Shown here: positions 27,556 through 42,500 of the stretch, piece after piece
How the letters are laid out: each line of letters begins with the position of its first letter
Numbering within the stretch: the first letter of the stretch is position 1
DNA from: Candidatus Thorarchaeota archaeon
Lineage (GTDB): Archaea; Asgardarchaeota; Thorarchaeia; Thorarchaeales; Thorarchaeaceae
Length of the DNA: 64,000 nt
Direction of reading: 5' to 3'
Assembly: GCA_048884965.1 (NCBI GenBank)
Contig: JBHLQH010000005.1
Span: 32,001-96,000, forward strand
Translations under genes and position numbers: made by a program
The notes under the pieces: generated by a model
Databases searched by the model: none
The model's input: only the letters and a program-made list of their open reading frames with translations
Told to the model about the DNA's origin: nothing

Positions 27556-30500
27556 ATGATTGTTAGAGCGATTAGCATCAAAAAGAGAAAAAACGTTAGA
27601 GTAAGAATTCTTCAGCTTTCAACAATAGCTGTTCTTTTCCTCTTACTAGTGCCGCTTCAAACACCATTTACTGACCCGGAATTTGTCGATCCAAGAGGAA
27701 TTGAAGGGACATCGAGGAATGATTACGCGCTTGCTGATACTACAAGCTATTCTGGCTCAGGCGATTCTTTGTCCATCAGATACTCCGGTATCGTGACCAA
27801 TGTCTATGATGACACATTCGTCATCGACTCATCAACCTCCGATATTGCCAGTGTTACGATCGATGATGGCTGGACAGGTTCCGGACTGCGGACTACAATT
27901 GATACTCTCTCGCTGGATGTCAATGCTGTAAGGAACAGCGATATGAATTCCTATCATAATGAGAAATGGATAGAAGAAGGCGCATACCAGAGTGAGGATG
28001 TGACGGTTCCTGATTCATGGACACTGACCAAAGCCACTACTAATGGAGAGACTGGTCACCCCTTGCATGGCATCTTTGAGATGAATGATGTTGGCAGTTC
28101 GGGCTATTCAGGTACAATGGGCTGGAGATTCGATGCAGAGTGGTCCATAAGTGCTACTGTAAATGCTGATGATCAGATATACTTGAGTCAGCTCGTTCAT
28201 GTACCTTACAGAGAGGTCTACTCGGCTGAAATAACATTCAATTATCACGTCCTTTCCTCTTCTAGTTTGGCAGACCAAGTCTTTCTCTTCACCAGATTCA
28301 ATGGATATGAGACAGAGTTCCATGTTTTTGAGTCAGGAGACACGACTGATACATGGCTCACAGGAAGCATTACTATCCCATCTGCCCAGCTAGATGTCAT
28401 TTCAATGCCCAACTCAATTCTTCTGGAGGTAGGATTACAATCAAATGTTGCTGGAAGTCAATCAACAGCAAGGAACTCATATGTTTATGTTGATAATGTC
28501 GAGCTCAATCTGAATGTTCGACCGTTCCCAGAGCAGATTGACCTAAAGGTCAATGGAACCCTAGTTGATGGCGCAGTAGAAGGAAGCATCTATCCATATT
28601 TGGAGGATGATAGCAATAGGGACGCTCAGGATGATGACTATGGGAATGGAATCGACCTTGATGGTTATCCTTGGGGATCCGGTTCTTCTGGAGTATTATT
28701 TGTGGGTGCTTGGGGGACCAGTTGGACCGACATTGTATCATATCAAGCAGGATTTCAATTCCCCCTTGATATACCTCAAGGTGCAGTGATTACGTCTGCA
28801 TATCTTGAAGTGGAACCAGATGGGGAAATTGGACTGGCTAATTTGAGAATCTATGCCGCTGGCCAGAACTCGTCTGGTCTTCCTATCGAGAACTTTACTA
28901 CAGGTCTCCCTATAATGGAAGATCGATTCAATTGGGTCGATACAAGCGTTGATTGGACTGTCACGGATATTATTGGACCAGTTAGGATACGGCAAAGATC
29001 TCCTGATATCGCCCCTCTGCTTCAGTCCATTGTTTCGGATAGTAATTGGATGAGTGGTAATTATACATGTCTGATGCTGGACTACATGTGGGGAAGTAAC
29101 TACCAAGCTGAATGGGGCATCAAAGGCTCATCTGGTACTAGTGGTTTCACACAAGATGAACTCGCACGATTATTTGTTGAATACATGATTCCCCAATCAG
29201 AGGACACCGTATACCTAATGCAATACGAGAAAGACATTACGATACAAGCTAGTCAAGTTGTAGCTGACTTGACTGATTTTCCAGTTCTTATTGATATTTT
29301 TGATAGTGATTTGAAGACTGATGTCCAGGCTGATGGAGATGATATCGTCTTTAGACTAGGTGATGATGCTCTTGACTTCGAGATTGAAGCATTTGAGCAA
29401 GATTTCAATTTAACTCATGCTCACTTGACTGCTTGGGTTAAAATACCAAATCTCTCAAGTACTGTTGACACAGTCATCACAATGGCATATGGAAATCCGA
29501 GCGCATCCTCATCATCTTCAACAGCGGTTTGGGATGATTATGCTACAGTTAACCACCTGAAGGACGACCCGTCTGGTACTATCTATGATAGTACCTCAAA
29601 CAACTACGATGGCACGGCATATGGCACAATGGGCTCCGAAGATAGTGTTCCTGGGCTTGTAGGTAGAGGTATCGATTTTGATGGTTCTGGAACCGCTGAC
29701 ATGATTTCTATAGGTCAAATTTACACTGACGACTGGAGTGAGGTCACAATTAGTATCTGGGTAAGATCTGATTTAACGAAGGACGCTCGAGTATTCTCGA
29801 AGTCACCCTCTACGGCTACAACAGAACATATAGTCACAATGAGAGTTGACACAAGCAATCGAATGACGGCACGTATAAGAACTGATGCGGGAGGTACTTC
29901 AGTCAATAGTGTGGGTTCATTCACCCTAGGTTCATGGAATCTTCTGACATGGACTTGGAGCGCGTCATCTGGCTTTATACTTGGGTACATAAACGGAACT
30001 CAAGAGATAAACACAGCTCGATCCGGCACCACCCTTTACGATTCCATAGATGTGTTCGTTCTCGGAAACACTGACATGACTAACGACCGATATTTTGATG
30101 GAATACTAGATGAAGCACGCTTGGCAAACAGAGTTCTCCCACAAGCTTGGATTGCGACAGAATTTAATAATCAAATCGACCCTTCCTCGTTTGTTAGTGT
30201 TGGTTCTGAAAGAACACTCCAATCTACCTGGGTCGATGATTCTGAAGGCCGAGTAGTCGTATCGACAAACTCAGCCTTTCCAATCACTACTGATGTTATC
30301 TTAACTATGGATATCGAAGGGGTAGGACAATCACTTGATGTTTCATATAATCCTGGCGCAACTTTCTATGCTCGGAATGGAACAAACATCGTCGATTGGG
30401 TTGCGTACGCAATGATCTCCCCTCCAAATACAACGACCGACTTGAATGCGTACATTGATTATCCATTTACTCAATGGAACCCCGTTGCTGTGGCTAATCC

Positions 30501-33500
30501 CCTTGGACACAACAAGACATATGGCACAGATTGGGACTTCCAAGATGGAAGCATCATAGTCTACTCATCCGCAGTTGACTACTGGGGCCTCTGGAAGTTC
30601 TATTTTGAGAGCTGGAACTATGTTGAGAATATGCAGATTGGTATCAATGGACAGACACTCGGAACCACAGCTACCTTTGATGTCAATGATGTAGCTGCAT
30701 TTAGAGCAACCACACCTTGGATTACGAATGCACGAGTAGGTTTGTCTCTGACTGATCCTACAGGAAGTGAATGGCATACTGATTACGCTACTACTGGTAC
30801 CCCTGGTACAACTTGGCATGTTCCTGGTTTTCAATATCGGATGCAATTGACTGTAGCTGCATCAGGAGTCGATGCTGATGTAACAAATTATCCTATGCTC
30901 GTTAGTTTCTCAGATACTGATTTCACAAATACGGCAAAGGTTCAAGCAGATGGAGATGACTTCGTTTTCGTTCAAAATGGAGAGATACTTTCCCATGAAA
31001 TCGAACGCTTTGACCAAACCTCTGGAACATTGATCGCATGGGTAAAATGCAACCTGTCTAGTACTGTTGATAATACGCTATTGCTCTACTACGGAAATCC
31101 CGTTGTTGGTTCTACTGAGAGTCCTTGGGATTTGTGGGGTGGTAATTATGATGCTGTATATCACATGAATGAATTAGTTACAAATGAAGGCTCTGGAGAA
31201 GCTATCCACGATTCAACCGCGAACAACTACACTGGAACTCACAATGGTAATTCTCGGAATATTGGGATTGGAGCTAGCTATGGCCAATACTTCGATGGCA
31301 ATGATTACATATCGCTTAGTGAATCCCAAGCGTTCAATCCTTCTGGTGATGTAACGATTTCAGGGTGGTTCTATCTCTCAACTGCATTCGATTCCTCATC
31401 TGCAACTTCTCGTCTCTTGATTTCGAAGTATGCAAGTGGAGATGATAATTTTCATATCATTTTGGCAGGAACCGACTATACTGAAACAGGATTCTCCTCA
31501 TACGGCGCGTTGGTCTTTGGATTCGAAACGGCAGGATCAGAATATGTCAAATGGACAACCCGGGCATCTTGGAGTAGTGGGGTTTGGCATCATTTCGTTT
31601 GTGTCCTTGATTCTGACACTCCCAGCAATATCAAGATATATGCAGATGGCATTGATGTAACTTCTACGAGCTATTCTGGTAGTGCCTCATATGTAGCAAT
31701 TCCAAGTGCGGGTGATTGGGGTTTTGGTGGAGGAACTATGGACACATCTGAGATAGCCGCTGGTTCTGCATACTTTTTAGGTAACATAGATGAAATGAGA
31801 ATTTCAAGTGATCAGAAATCCTTGGGTTGGACTCAAGTATCATATGATAATATTTTTTCATCCTCTTCCTTCATCACGAAAGGAACTGAGGTTACAAAGA
31901 CATCTCCTCAACTGACGATTACGAAGACCATAGATTCGACTGCTCCTGCAGGACTTTGGACTGCTACTATGTACTACAATGACACAGGATCCTCAATAAC
32001 AAACGCTACAGGTCTCTATGAACGTGAGTTCATCGTACAGCATGATACGACACTTACGCTCAACTATCCGACTGATGCAGTTTCAGACAAGATCGCATAC
32101 TCAACCGCAGGTGAGCCAATTTATATTGAATATGAGCTAACAGATGACATTACTGCTGGAGGAGTTCCTGGTGCTACGGTCAAGATGAATTGGACTGTCA
32201 GTGGCACGCCAACAGAGATCACGATGGATGATTTAGGTGATGGTCGCTATGGAAAGACACTTGATACCGATGATCTCATCACAAATCAACAGTGGAGAAT
32301 AAACATCTGGTCATACCATCCCTACTATAATAATGCCACCGATTATTTCGACATTGACCTCTATCATGCGACAAACATGAGTTATGTGGATGTGGTGTCT
32401 ACACCCGTTGGGTACGATTTCAAAGCGACTCTTGTGTTCTACGACTCTTACTCAGAGACTCCCATTCTTGGCGCTACGATTACATTCGATAATGGCACTG
32501 CAGTCAGCTTTTCTGATGAAGGAAGTGGACGATATGCTATTACGATCTCTACTACTACCTTAGACTTTGGGGATTATTGGTACAGATTCAAAGCTACAAA
32601 GGCTGGTTCGTTCCTAGAAGATGCATATTGTAATGTGACATTCACCTTGAGAAAGCATTACACCTCCATCTCTGTAAGTGGGGATCTTCTCACTCCTGCT
32701 GGATACTCGACCGATGTTACAGTCACGATAATCGATATGGATACTGGTGGAACTGTCGGTATTGGAAATGTTGCTACGTGGACCTTCGATCCAGCTAGCT
32801 ACTCTGACACAACTGAAACACCTCCTGGTGATTTCATAGTGACACTCAACACTGTAGGATGGGCAGTTGGTACTGACACTGTGACTCTTTCTGCAACACT
32901 ATCTGGTAACTATTATAGCCCCACCGATTATTCCTTTGATATCGAAATTAGGAAACATTACACTTCAGTTTCTGTACAAGGTGATTTCCTGACTCCTCAT
33001 GGCTATTCTACTTATGTCACCGTTGTACTAACAGATCTGGATACAGGAACAACATTCTCATTGACTTCTAATATTGCATCATGGACCTTCAATCCCGCCA
33101 GCTATGGCGACACAACTGAAACACCACCCGGTGACTTTGACGTAACAATTGACACGTCGGGTTGGTCAGTTGGTACCGATACGGTTACACTTTCTGTAAC
33201 AATGAGTGGAATATATGAAGATCCTGCAAACTATCTATTTGACATAGAGATTCGACGACATTATACATCAGTATCAGTTAGTGGTGATTTCATCATACCC
33301 TATGGCCAAATGACATCGCTTGTAGTTACTATCATTGACCTTGACACTGGAACAGCTCTTGGAAGCACTGCATCTGTTTCATCATGGACCTTCAATCCAG
33401 CGACCTATAGTGACACGACAGAAACACCACCGAGCGACTTTGCTGTGACTCTGAACACATCTGGTTGGTCTGTTGGCACCGATACCGTAACTTTGTCTGT

Positions 33501-36500
33501 CACGATGACTGGCATCTATTATAGTCCATCGAACCATCAGTTCGATATCGAGATTCGAAAGCATAGGACCGCAGTTTCTGTAGTGGGTGAATTCGTAACA
33601 CCATATGGCGCAAGTACATCACTGACTGTAGTCATTCGAGATCTCGATAATGGATCAGTACTTACCAGTACCTCCATGATTGCATCATGGACTTTCAATC
33701 CCGCCAGCTATGGTGATACAACTGAAACACCCCCCGGTGACTTTGCTATCATACTTAATACTGCCAGCTGGTCAGTGGCGACTGAAACAGTGACTCTATC
33801 AGTCACGATGACTGGCATCTATGAGAATCCGAATAATGTGCAATTTGATATTACAATAAGGAAGCATTACACATCCGTTACTGTTATTGGTGACCTAGCG
33901 ACTCCTTATGGATTTAGTACTGTCCTCACCGTTGTCATAACTGACAGTGATCTTGGTACGATTCTTGCAACTACAACAAACGTAGCCTCATGGACCTTCA
34001 ATCCTTCAAGCTATGGCGATACTACTGAAACCCCACCAAGTGATTTCTCAGTAACATTGAACACCATAAGCTGGGCAGTCGCAACGGAAACAGTAACACT
34101 GACAGTCACGATGACTGGCATCTATGAGAATCCTGCAAGCTACCAATTTGGCATCCAAATCAGAAAACACTACACTGCTGTTTCTGTCACTGGTGATATG
34201 GTCAGTCCTTATGGGAACACAACTGACCTTTCTGTTATTATAACCGATCTAGATACGAACACCGTTCTAGGATCAACGGCAAACGTAGCCTCATGGACCC
34301 TCAATCCCGCTAGCTATGGCGACACGACTGAAACACCACCTGGTGACTTTGCTGTTACATTAGATACATCTGGTTGGTCTGTTGGTTCCGAAACGGTTAC
34401 TCTCTCTGTTACAATGAGTGGAACTTACAACAATCCCTCTAACTATCAATTCAGCATTACCATAACCAGCTTAGAGATCGATGCATATAATGAACCAAAC
34501 GACCTTATCTTCCCAACTGGTTCGGACTTTAGGATCATCATTCGAGTCAATGTATCTGAGCATGGAGTCTATTATGGAGATCCATTAACAGGACTCGTGC
34601 AAGGAGAATTCTCGGTCACTGGCTACACAATCAAGGAATGGTACCATCTAGGGAACGGAAGATACAACTTCACCATTGACGAGGCAAGTTTCCCTGAAGG
34701 CACATATACTATTACACTCAAAATCACGACATCGAGTAGTATCTATGGTGATGCTACTCTACAAATCACATTCAGATATCGCCCAGCTCTAAGCGAAGCA
34801 TCTTCACCTGACCGAGCAATCGTAACACCCTATGAAACTGACTTCGTTGTATCGATTACCTATACGGACATCGATCGTGATATTGGTATCACAGGAGCCT
34901 CGATTTCAGCTGAGGGAATTACTTTCTATAATGAACTTGACCTAGGAGCTGGACAATATCAAGTTACTATCAATGTCACAGGTCTGACAAAAGGAGAGCA
35001 TCTTTACAATCTTACGATTGACAAGGCTGGATACGACGCAGCAAAACTGAGCTTCAAGGTAGTTATCAGGATTGCATATACATATGCAATTCCTACAGTG
35101 GGTGCACTAGACATTCCGGTAGGCGACGATGTTGTATTCTATGTTGAATACTGGGACATCGATCATGATTTACCAATTGATGACACATCGCCATTTATTG
35201 CAACTTCAACTTGGACTCACACAGTGACATTCACCTACATTCCCGCTCAGCAAAGATACCGTGTTGACTTCCCCACCTTTGAGGATGATGCACTAGTACA
35301 GAATTTCGTGATAACCTTCAACTTCTCCAAGGGTGAGAACTATCAATTTGGCATCTTCAATATCTCTATCACCGTGAGAACGCACTACACTGATTTCCGA
35401 CTGGTTAGCGCAGTAGAGCCAACTAGCTTCAATGACAACATAACGATCTCTGTCTTCTATGGTGACTTAGATAGTGGCACGGGTATCGCCTCCCGCGATA
35501 TTGCACATCGTATATGGAATGGAACACATGAAGTTACATCCTATTTGTACAATGACACACTACTAGGTGGCGGCTATTACACTATCATAGTTCCTGCTCC
35601 CCAATTTGGAGGATTAGGATTACAATCATTTACAATCTACTTCAACTGGACTGGCCCTATCTACACCTATGCGAACAAGACATTGATCACGTCAGTGAAT
35701 ATCATTGGAGAAGATTCTCGGTTGAGCTTACTTGTGACTGCAGAGCCTACTCCTTATCTTGAGAATATGACTTACACACTCTTCTTTGCGGCTGTGAATG
35801 GCACTGGTATTTTCAATAATACTGGAAATGTATTCGTCAGCGTGGTCTTTGTAGGTGTTACTGTAGACACCTCACAGGTGGACATATGGGAGATCAACCC
35901 CGTTACCAATAGAGGTCAATACTCGATCAGATTCAACAGCTCAATATTTGCGATAACCGGACTTATCTACATGAAAGTATACTTCAATTGGTCTGCAGAT
36001 GTGGAGCCATACTATACAAATCGAACTGATACGGTTTCTGTAAGGGTACTTCCGCGTGACTCGTTGATTTCAGTAGATCCACCATCTCAAACCGCCTATG
36101 CGGAGAATGCTACGTTCTCGTTCACTTTTGACGATGTGACGGGGACACTCTCAGAACCTATTGCAAATGCAAGTTCTCTAACCATTGGACTAACCCTAGT
36201 CGATTACGTGTTGATATATGACTCCCCAACAAGAACCTTCTCCGTTTTGTTCAATACCAGCCAATTTGGCTCCTTGGGGCTTCAAACGTTCACACTAAGC
36301 ATCACATGGATTGGAGCTCCATTCTATGCAAATCAAACTGGAAAGACCATCTCTATTACCGTTACTTTGCGACAGACAACACTCGACTTCCAATCCCCTG
36401 CTCCTACCCAATACATGGATAATGTCACGTTCTCAGTCTTTTGGACAGATGTCGCTGGCGCTTCATCCTTTGGGATTGCTGGAGCTACTCTTCTATTGTA

Positions 36501-39500
36501 TGATGGAGCCTCTGAGATTGCCTCCCAATATTATTCCGTTCAGTTTATTGGCTCGGGTGAATACGAAGTTGAGCTAAGTACAGAATACAAGGCAGCACCT
36601 GGTTATTATTCACTAACGGTAAATATCTCAACAAGTGATTTCTACTATGCTGAGAGAATCTCAAGTAGGATTTTCAATATTCGATATAGATCTACTTTGG
36701 TATCAGCTGAGCCAGTTGACTTGACACCCTTTAACGATCCAGTTCAGGTTATCTTGTACTATCAAGATTTGATTACCTTGGTTGACATCGATAATGATAC
36801 CTTTGATGTTAGTATCGAATTGCTAACCGCAGGAAGCTGGATATTCACCTCACAATGGCAGAGTGCTAGTGGATATTACGTCATAAATGTACAAACATCT
36901 GATCAGGTTGGACTGCAGATAGGAGTACAATATCCGTTGCATTTCAATCTGAGTTTTGCCTACCAGAGTCCGTACTATCGGCATGATGATATTACCGTCT
37001 ACTTTGAATTGAGATACCGTGAATCCACATTGGAGAGATTTGTTGCACCAACACAGACTCCCTATAGTGACTATGCCAATTTCACCGTCTATTATTCTGA
37101 TGTTGATGCAGATGTAGGGATATTAAGCGCTCAGTTAGCTGTACATGATGGTTCCTCTTTCATGACTCTTGGAACCGAGTATCTCTTTAGTGCACTTGGC
37201 AGTGGCCTTTATAGAGTATCAGTGCTGACTTCAGCTTTAGGAGCTCCAGGACCTCATGGAATTACCGTCTATGCGAATTGGACATCTGGTACTCCATATC
37301 ACGACAATGCAACACTTGCAATAACAATCAACATCATTCGAAGGGTTACCAATGTTGAGATAGTCACTCCTCCCTCTCAAACGAATTACCTCGAGAATGT
37401 GACTTTCATTGTGTCATTCATTGATGTTAGCACAGATTCTGCACTTGCAGTGACCAAGAATCGGTTGCAAATCTGGAATGGCGGAACTTTGATGTCTTCA
37501 AGTGATTTCTCAATTAGTCAATTTGGAGGAACATACGAAATAAGTATCAACTCAACACTTCTTTCCTCTACACTGGTGACTAATCAGAATTTGACAGTAC
37601 ATGTCGATTGGCCTGAGGCTCCAAATTACTATAGAGATGATTCCACCTCAACACGATATACGCTAATTGTTAGAAGCACATATGTTTCAATTAATCGACC
37701 CGCAAATACTGCCTATGGTGAGAATGCAACCTTTAGCTTCACATTTGTAGACTCCACAATAATACCTGAAGAGAATATTCAGCTATCAGGATCATTGATA
37801 ATCACAACGAATCTGGTTGAAACACCATCATTGTCATATGATTCGCCAACAAGAACCTTCACTATGGTCTTTAACACCTCACAATTTGGGTCAACAGGAG
37901 CGCAATCCTTTACACTAAGTGTACAGTGGTTTGGAACCCCCTACTATGCCAATAAGACCTCTAATACAGTCTATGTGACAGTTATCTATCGTCAAACCCA
38001 AGTTGAATTCGACACACCTGATCCTACACCATACGGTGACTCAGTGAATTTCACCATTAGATATCTTGACATTGCAGGAGCAAGCTCCTTTGGTATTGGC
38101 GATTCAGTACTCACTCTCTATTATGGCGGTGGAGTGATTCCTGGGTCCTATTACAATGTAACTCATGATGGAGAGGGAACCTATGAGATTGAGTTTGATT
38201 CAGGATACTTCAGCAATCCCGGAAAATATGCCATAAATGCCTCCTTGGTGTATTCAGGAAGTTACTTTGCGAATGATGCATATGCGATTAGATCGCTATC
38301 AGTCAGACTGCGAACAACCGTTCTCTCAGCAGACCCAGTTGGGTCAGTTGGATACGGGACTCCTATGGATTTGACCCTCTACTTCCAAGACCAACTTACC
38401 CTTCTTGATATTGCGAATAGCTCAACGACATTTATTGAGATTCTCAATAATACAGGCACACCTTGGGAGTTCACAATCACCTGGAATGCAGCGTTGAGTC
38501 AATATGATATGGTCATAGAAACAAATGGCCAGCCGCTATCGGTAGGTCTAACATATCGATTACACCTAAACATGAGCTATGCATACCAAGATCCCTTCTA
38601 CAGATGGGATGATGTGTACGCGACCTTTACCATAAGAACTAGGACCACAACACTCGACGTGTTTGAAGGTGCTCAGCCAACATCCTATAACGAGTATATC
38701 ACCTTCACACTATACTACTGGGATGTAGACATCGTCGCAGGTATAACTTCCAGTACGACTTTCACTGTTACAAATGAAACTCACTCTCTCACATTGACAA
38801 CAGACTTTCTGTTTTCCCATATTGCAAATGGCTACTATCTGATATCTGTTAATGCTAGCCGTCTAAGCACACTGGGCAGTCATGAACTGAAAATCACGGC
38901 CGTTTGGACCGGAGGGGCACCATACAGGAATAATGCAGTTCGAAATATAACCGTGAGCGTTATTGAGCGAACCACAGAGGTAGAGATTATCTCTCCACCC
39001 TCTTCGACTCCATATCTGGATAATGTAACTTTCACCTTCAGATATACTGACACCATCAATGGACAGCCTATTTCCATCACTAGTAGTGACCTCGATATCT
39101 ATTCCAATGGCTCACTGCTAGCGCCTAACGAATTCACCTTGATCCAGATCGGAAGCATCTTCGAAGTGAGTATCAATTCTACGATATTAAGCACTAAACT
39201 TGTTGACAGCTTTAACATAACAATTCTCGTAGACTGGAGTTTAGCACAAGCTCCATACTATGAGGATGCTATCACTTCGCTCCGCGTTTCCACTCGAGGT
39301 CGTATAATGTTCGTTGAGGTTGGAACGATAGAAACGACTCCCTATGGAGATGATATGCTCATCACTATCTTTGTGAATGACGACAGTACGGGCAAACCAA
39401 TTGAGAATGCAATAATTCTCTTCAATGGTCAGACAGTTGATGTAACCGGACTCTGGACATTGTCTGTAGGGTCTGGCGCTTCAGCTGGATATTACAACAT

Positions 39501-42500
39501 TTCTGTGCCAACTACTGCTTTCGTCTTCGCTCCTTCCGAGTTAGGTGACTACAAGTTCGATTTGACTGTACAATGGGACCAGTCCCAAATTCCATACTAC
39601 CGAAATAGAACATCGATAGTGCTGACTGGCTCAGTTGATGCAATCTGGGCTGTGGTGCAATCAGAAGTTCCTCAACCTTCATCTGTACAGATTACAGACG
39701 ATGTCTATGTCATTGTCGAATTCACTGACCTTGATCATGGGGTGGGGATCGAAGGTGCCGGGACGACAATCTATGTTAGATATCTTACTTCTGGCATCAT
39801 TCCTCAGGGTCTCAACATCGCGGAGCTGGGCAATGGACTCTACAATATCAGCTTCAGTACAATAGATATCAACTCTTTTGGGAGCGTTGTGATGAATATC
39901 ACTGCTACAAAGGATTTCTACACGTCATCCAATGTAAAGCCATCATTCACAGTTATTGAGATTAGTACTACTTTGGAGCCTGTTGAAACCCAGATCACAC
40001 TCTATTGGTCGCAATTGGCTAATATCTCTGTAGACTATAATAACCTACTACATCTCAATCTTACTACAGGAGCTACAGTCTGGTGGAATTATAGCGGATA
40101 TTCAGGGTTCTTCACTGAAATTGGCAGCACTGGATCTTATGAGGCAAGCATTGATACAGCAATAAGTGGAACTGGAACAAAAACTGTTAGGATAACAGCC
40201 GACGCTGATAAGTACGTGCGGTCGCTTGTCACAGTCACACTTGTTGTCCTTGATTTGCCCTCAGATATGACTCTTGTTGAACCAGAAGCTGTCTTTGCAC
40301 AAAACAGAGGTAATGAAATCTATGTCAAGATATTACTAAATGACACTCTAAATGGAGTTCTCATTAATAATGCATATGTCAATGATATCTACATAGTTTT
40401 CAATAACACGCGATATGATATGAATTACAACATCACCGGACAGTTCTACTACTATACCTTACCATCAACAGCTACTTCCGTACTCCTACCAGGTTTCGTA
40501 TATACAGCCCGTATTTCTGCGGATATCGATTACTACGATCCTGTTAGTACTGTGTTCAAGATCGATTTGCTTGCGACGCTGACTTTCCTCGAATATTATG
40601 GAGTTACGAGAGATAAGATGGATGTAACCTATTCTGATTTCATTACGTTTGAATTGAACTTTACAGATGTAGAAGGCAATCCTATAGATTCTGGAGAGGT
40701 CTTCTGGGCTCCTAGCAGCGAAGTGCCGCCCTATACATTTTCCAACTTAACTTATGGTCTCAACGGAATTTGGAGTTTGACACTCAATTCATCCTCATTC
40801 GGCAAATGGGGTACTTTTGGAATTACATTTTCTGGAGTACCTACAGATGCTAATTTCGATTCTGCGTTTGTAAGCTTGACTATAACTGTGAAGAAGATAT
40901 CCACTGAGGTCATTAGTCCTCCAATCTCTCCGATTTCAGTCTATTGGGGTTGGAAAGGAAATATCTCGTTCACATTCAATGATACGTGGTTTGCCAAGGG
41001 CATCGATGGGGCGAATATCACTCTAACCTTTGATATTGACGTACCCATTCATGACCTTGGAAATGGAACCTATCTCTTCTATATTGACACTTCCCTTCTT
41101 GATGTGTCAACCTATCGGTTATTGCTCACTTTTCTGAAAGAGAATTACGATACTCGGAATGCAGGAGTTCAAATTAAGGTTGAAAATGTGCCTACTGAGT
41201 TACTACTCACTACTCCGCAATTGAATTGGATGGAGGATGATCCTACGCACTTGGAGGTGCCATTTGGTGAGATAGTGCAAATCTCACTATTCTATAATGA
41301 CACTGACATTAGCGATGGTTATGTAGGAGGGCTTTCAGGTGCAATAAATATCACTTCGATCACTGGTGGTATCATTGGCGTTCCTCCATCTTTTGCATTG
41401 ACAGACTGGGGTAATGGAACCTACACATTCACTTTCGATACAACACAGGATTACCTCTTTCCTGATAATATACCTGGGTCATTGCCTAATGCTCCATACT
41501 ATCTAAATATTAGATTGGAGCTTTTATATCGATTAACTCAGGAGATCCGAATTTCTATCGTGATAATTGAGAGGCCGACTGCACTCGCGATTGTATCAAG
41601 CAACGTCGTTGATGGCTCCACTTCAATCTACTATGGTGATACGATCTTCATTGATTTTGAGTTCTCAGAAGATTGGGAGCCTCTCCGAGGGACTGGAATA
41701 GACGACGCCAACTACTCAATTTCAAAAACAGGCTATGAGATTGAATATTCTTGGGAGGTATTGGGTCAAGGAAGATACAGGCTCGCTATAACTGTCAGGG
41801 CACCATTTCCTGTAGGAATAACCGTTGAGGATGCCAGATTAGAAATTACCTTTACAAAGGAAGACTATGTACTGAAGACTAGTGTTGTAAGCATCAGAAT
41901 AATTCCCACAGATACTCAACAGACAATGAGTAATGTCATTTCCTTTGGAACTCCACTTCTATTCGTCATCCTACTTGTTGGCTTACTTTGGGTACGTATC
42001 TTCAGCATTCCAAAGCGGCTTCGACAAATCAACGGCCAAATCAAAGCACTTCGAAAAGGCAAGATACCAAAACCAATCGATGAGGTAAAGAGCCGCCAGC
42101 AACTTATAGCTGATCTCTTCAATGACACTCACAAGAAGTACGAAATCACCCGAACTGCTGATATGATGCCTGAGGAATCAGTACCCGTCAACATTCCCGA
42201 GATGGGCGAGCTCCTCATACAGCTCTCTATCCTCACCAACCTGAGTCCCGATGAGCTGGATGAGTTCAAAGCTGACATCTCGAAGATGAAGATGAGCGAG
42301 CAGGCAGCCTTCGTGAAAGAGGTCATCGACCAAGAGGCAATCCGTGCAGCCCGACGTGAGGGTGTCAGCATGGAGGAGATTCTCCAGAGGATCGAGCGAG
42401 ATGCCAAACAACGCCTGAGTGGAGCCGCTGCAGACGAGGATGTCTTTGTCAAATCAGATGTTGATGAACCCATCTTCCTCTCTCCTGATGAAGACCGAGA

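Noticed and set aside
32650-34464. Repeats as a diversity-generating retroelement TR/VR pair
   Set aside because: The six copies are in-frame domains, their differences are not confined to adenines, and no reverse transcriptase is in the window.
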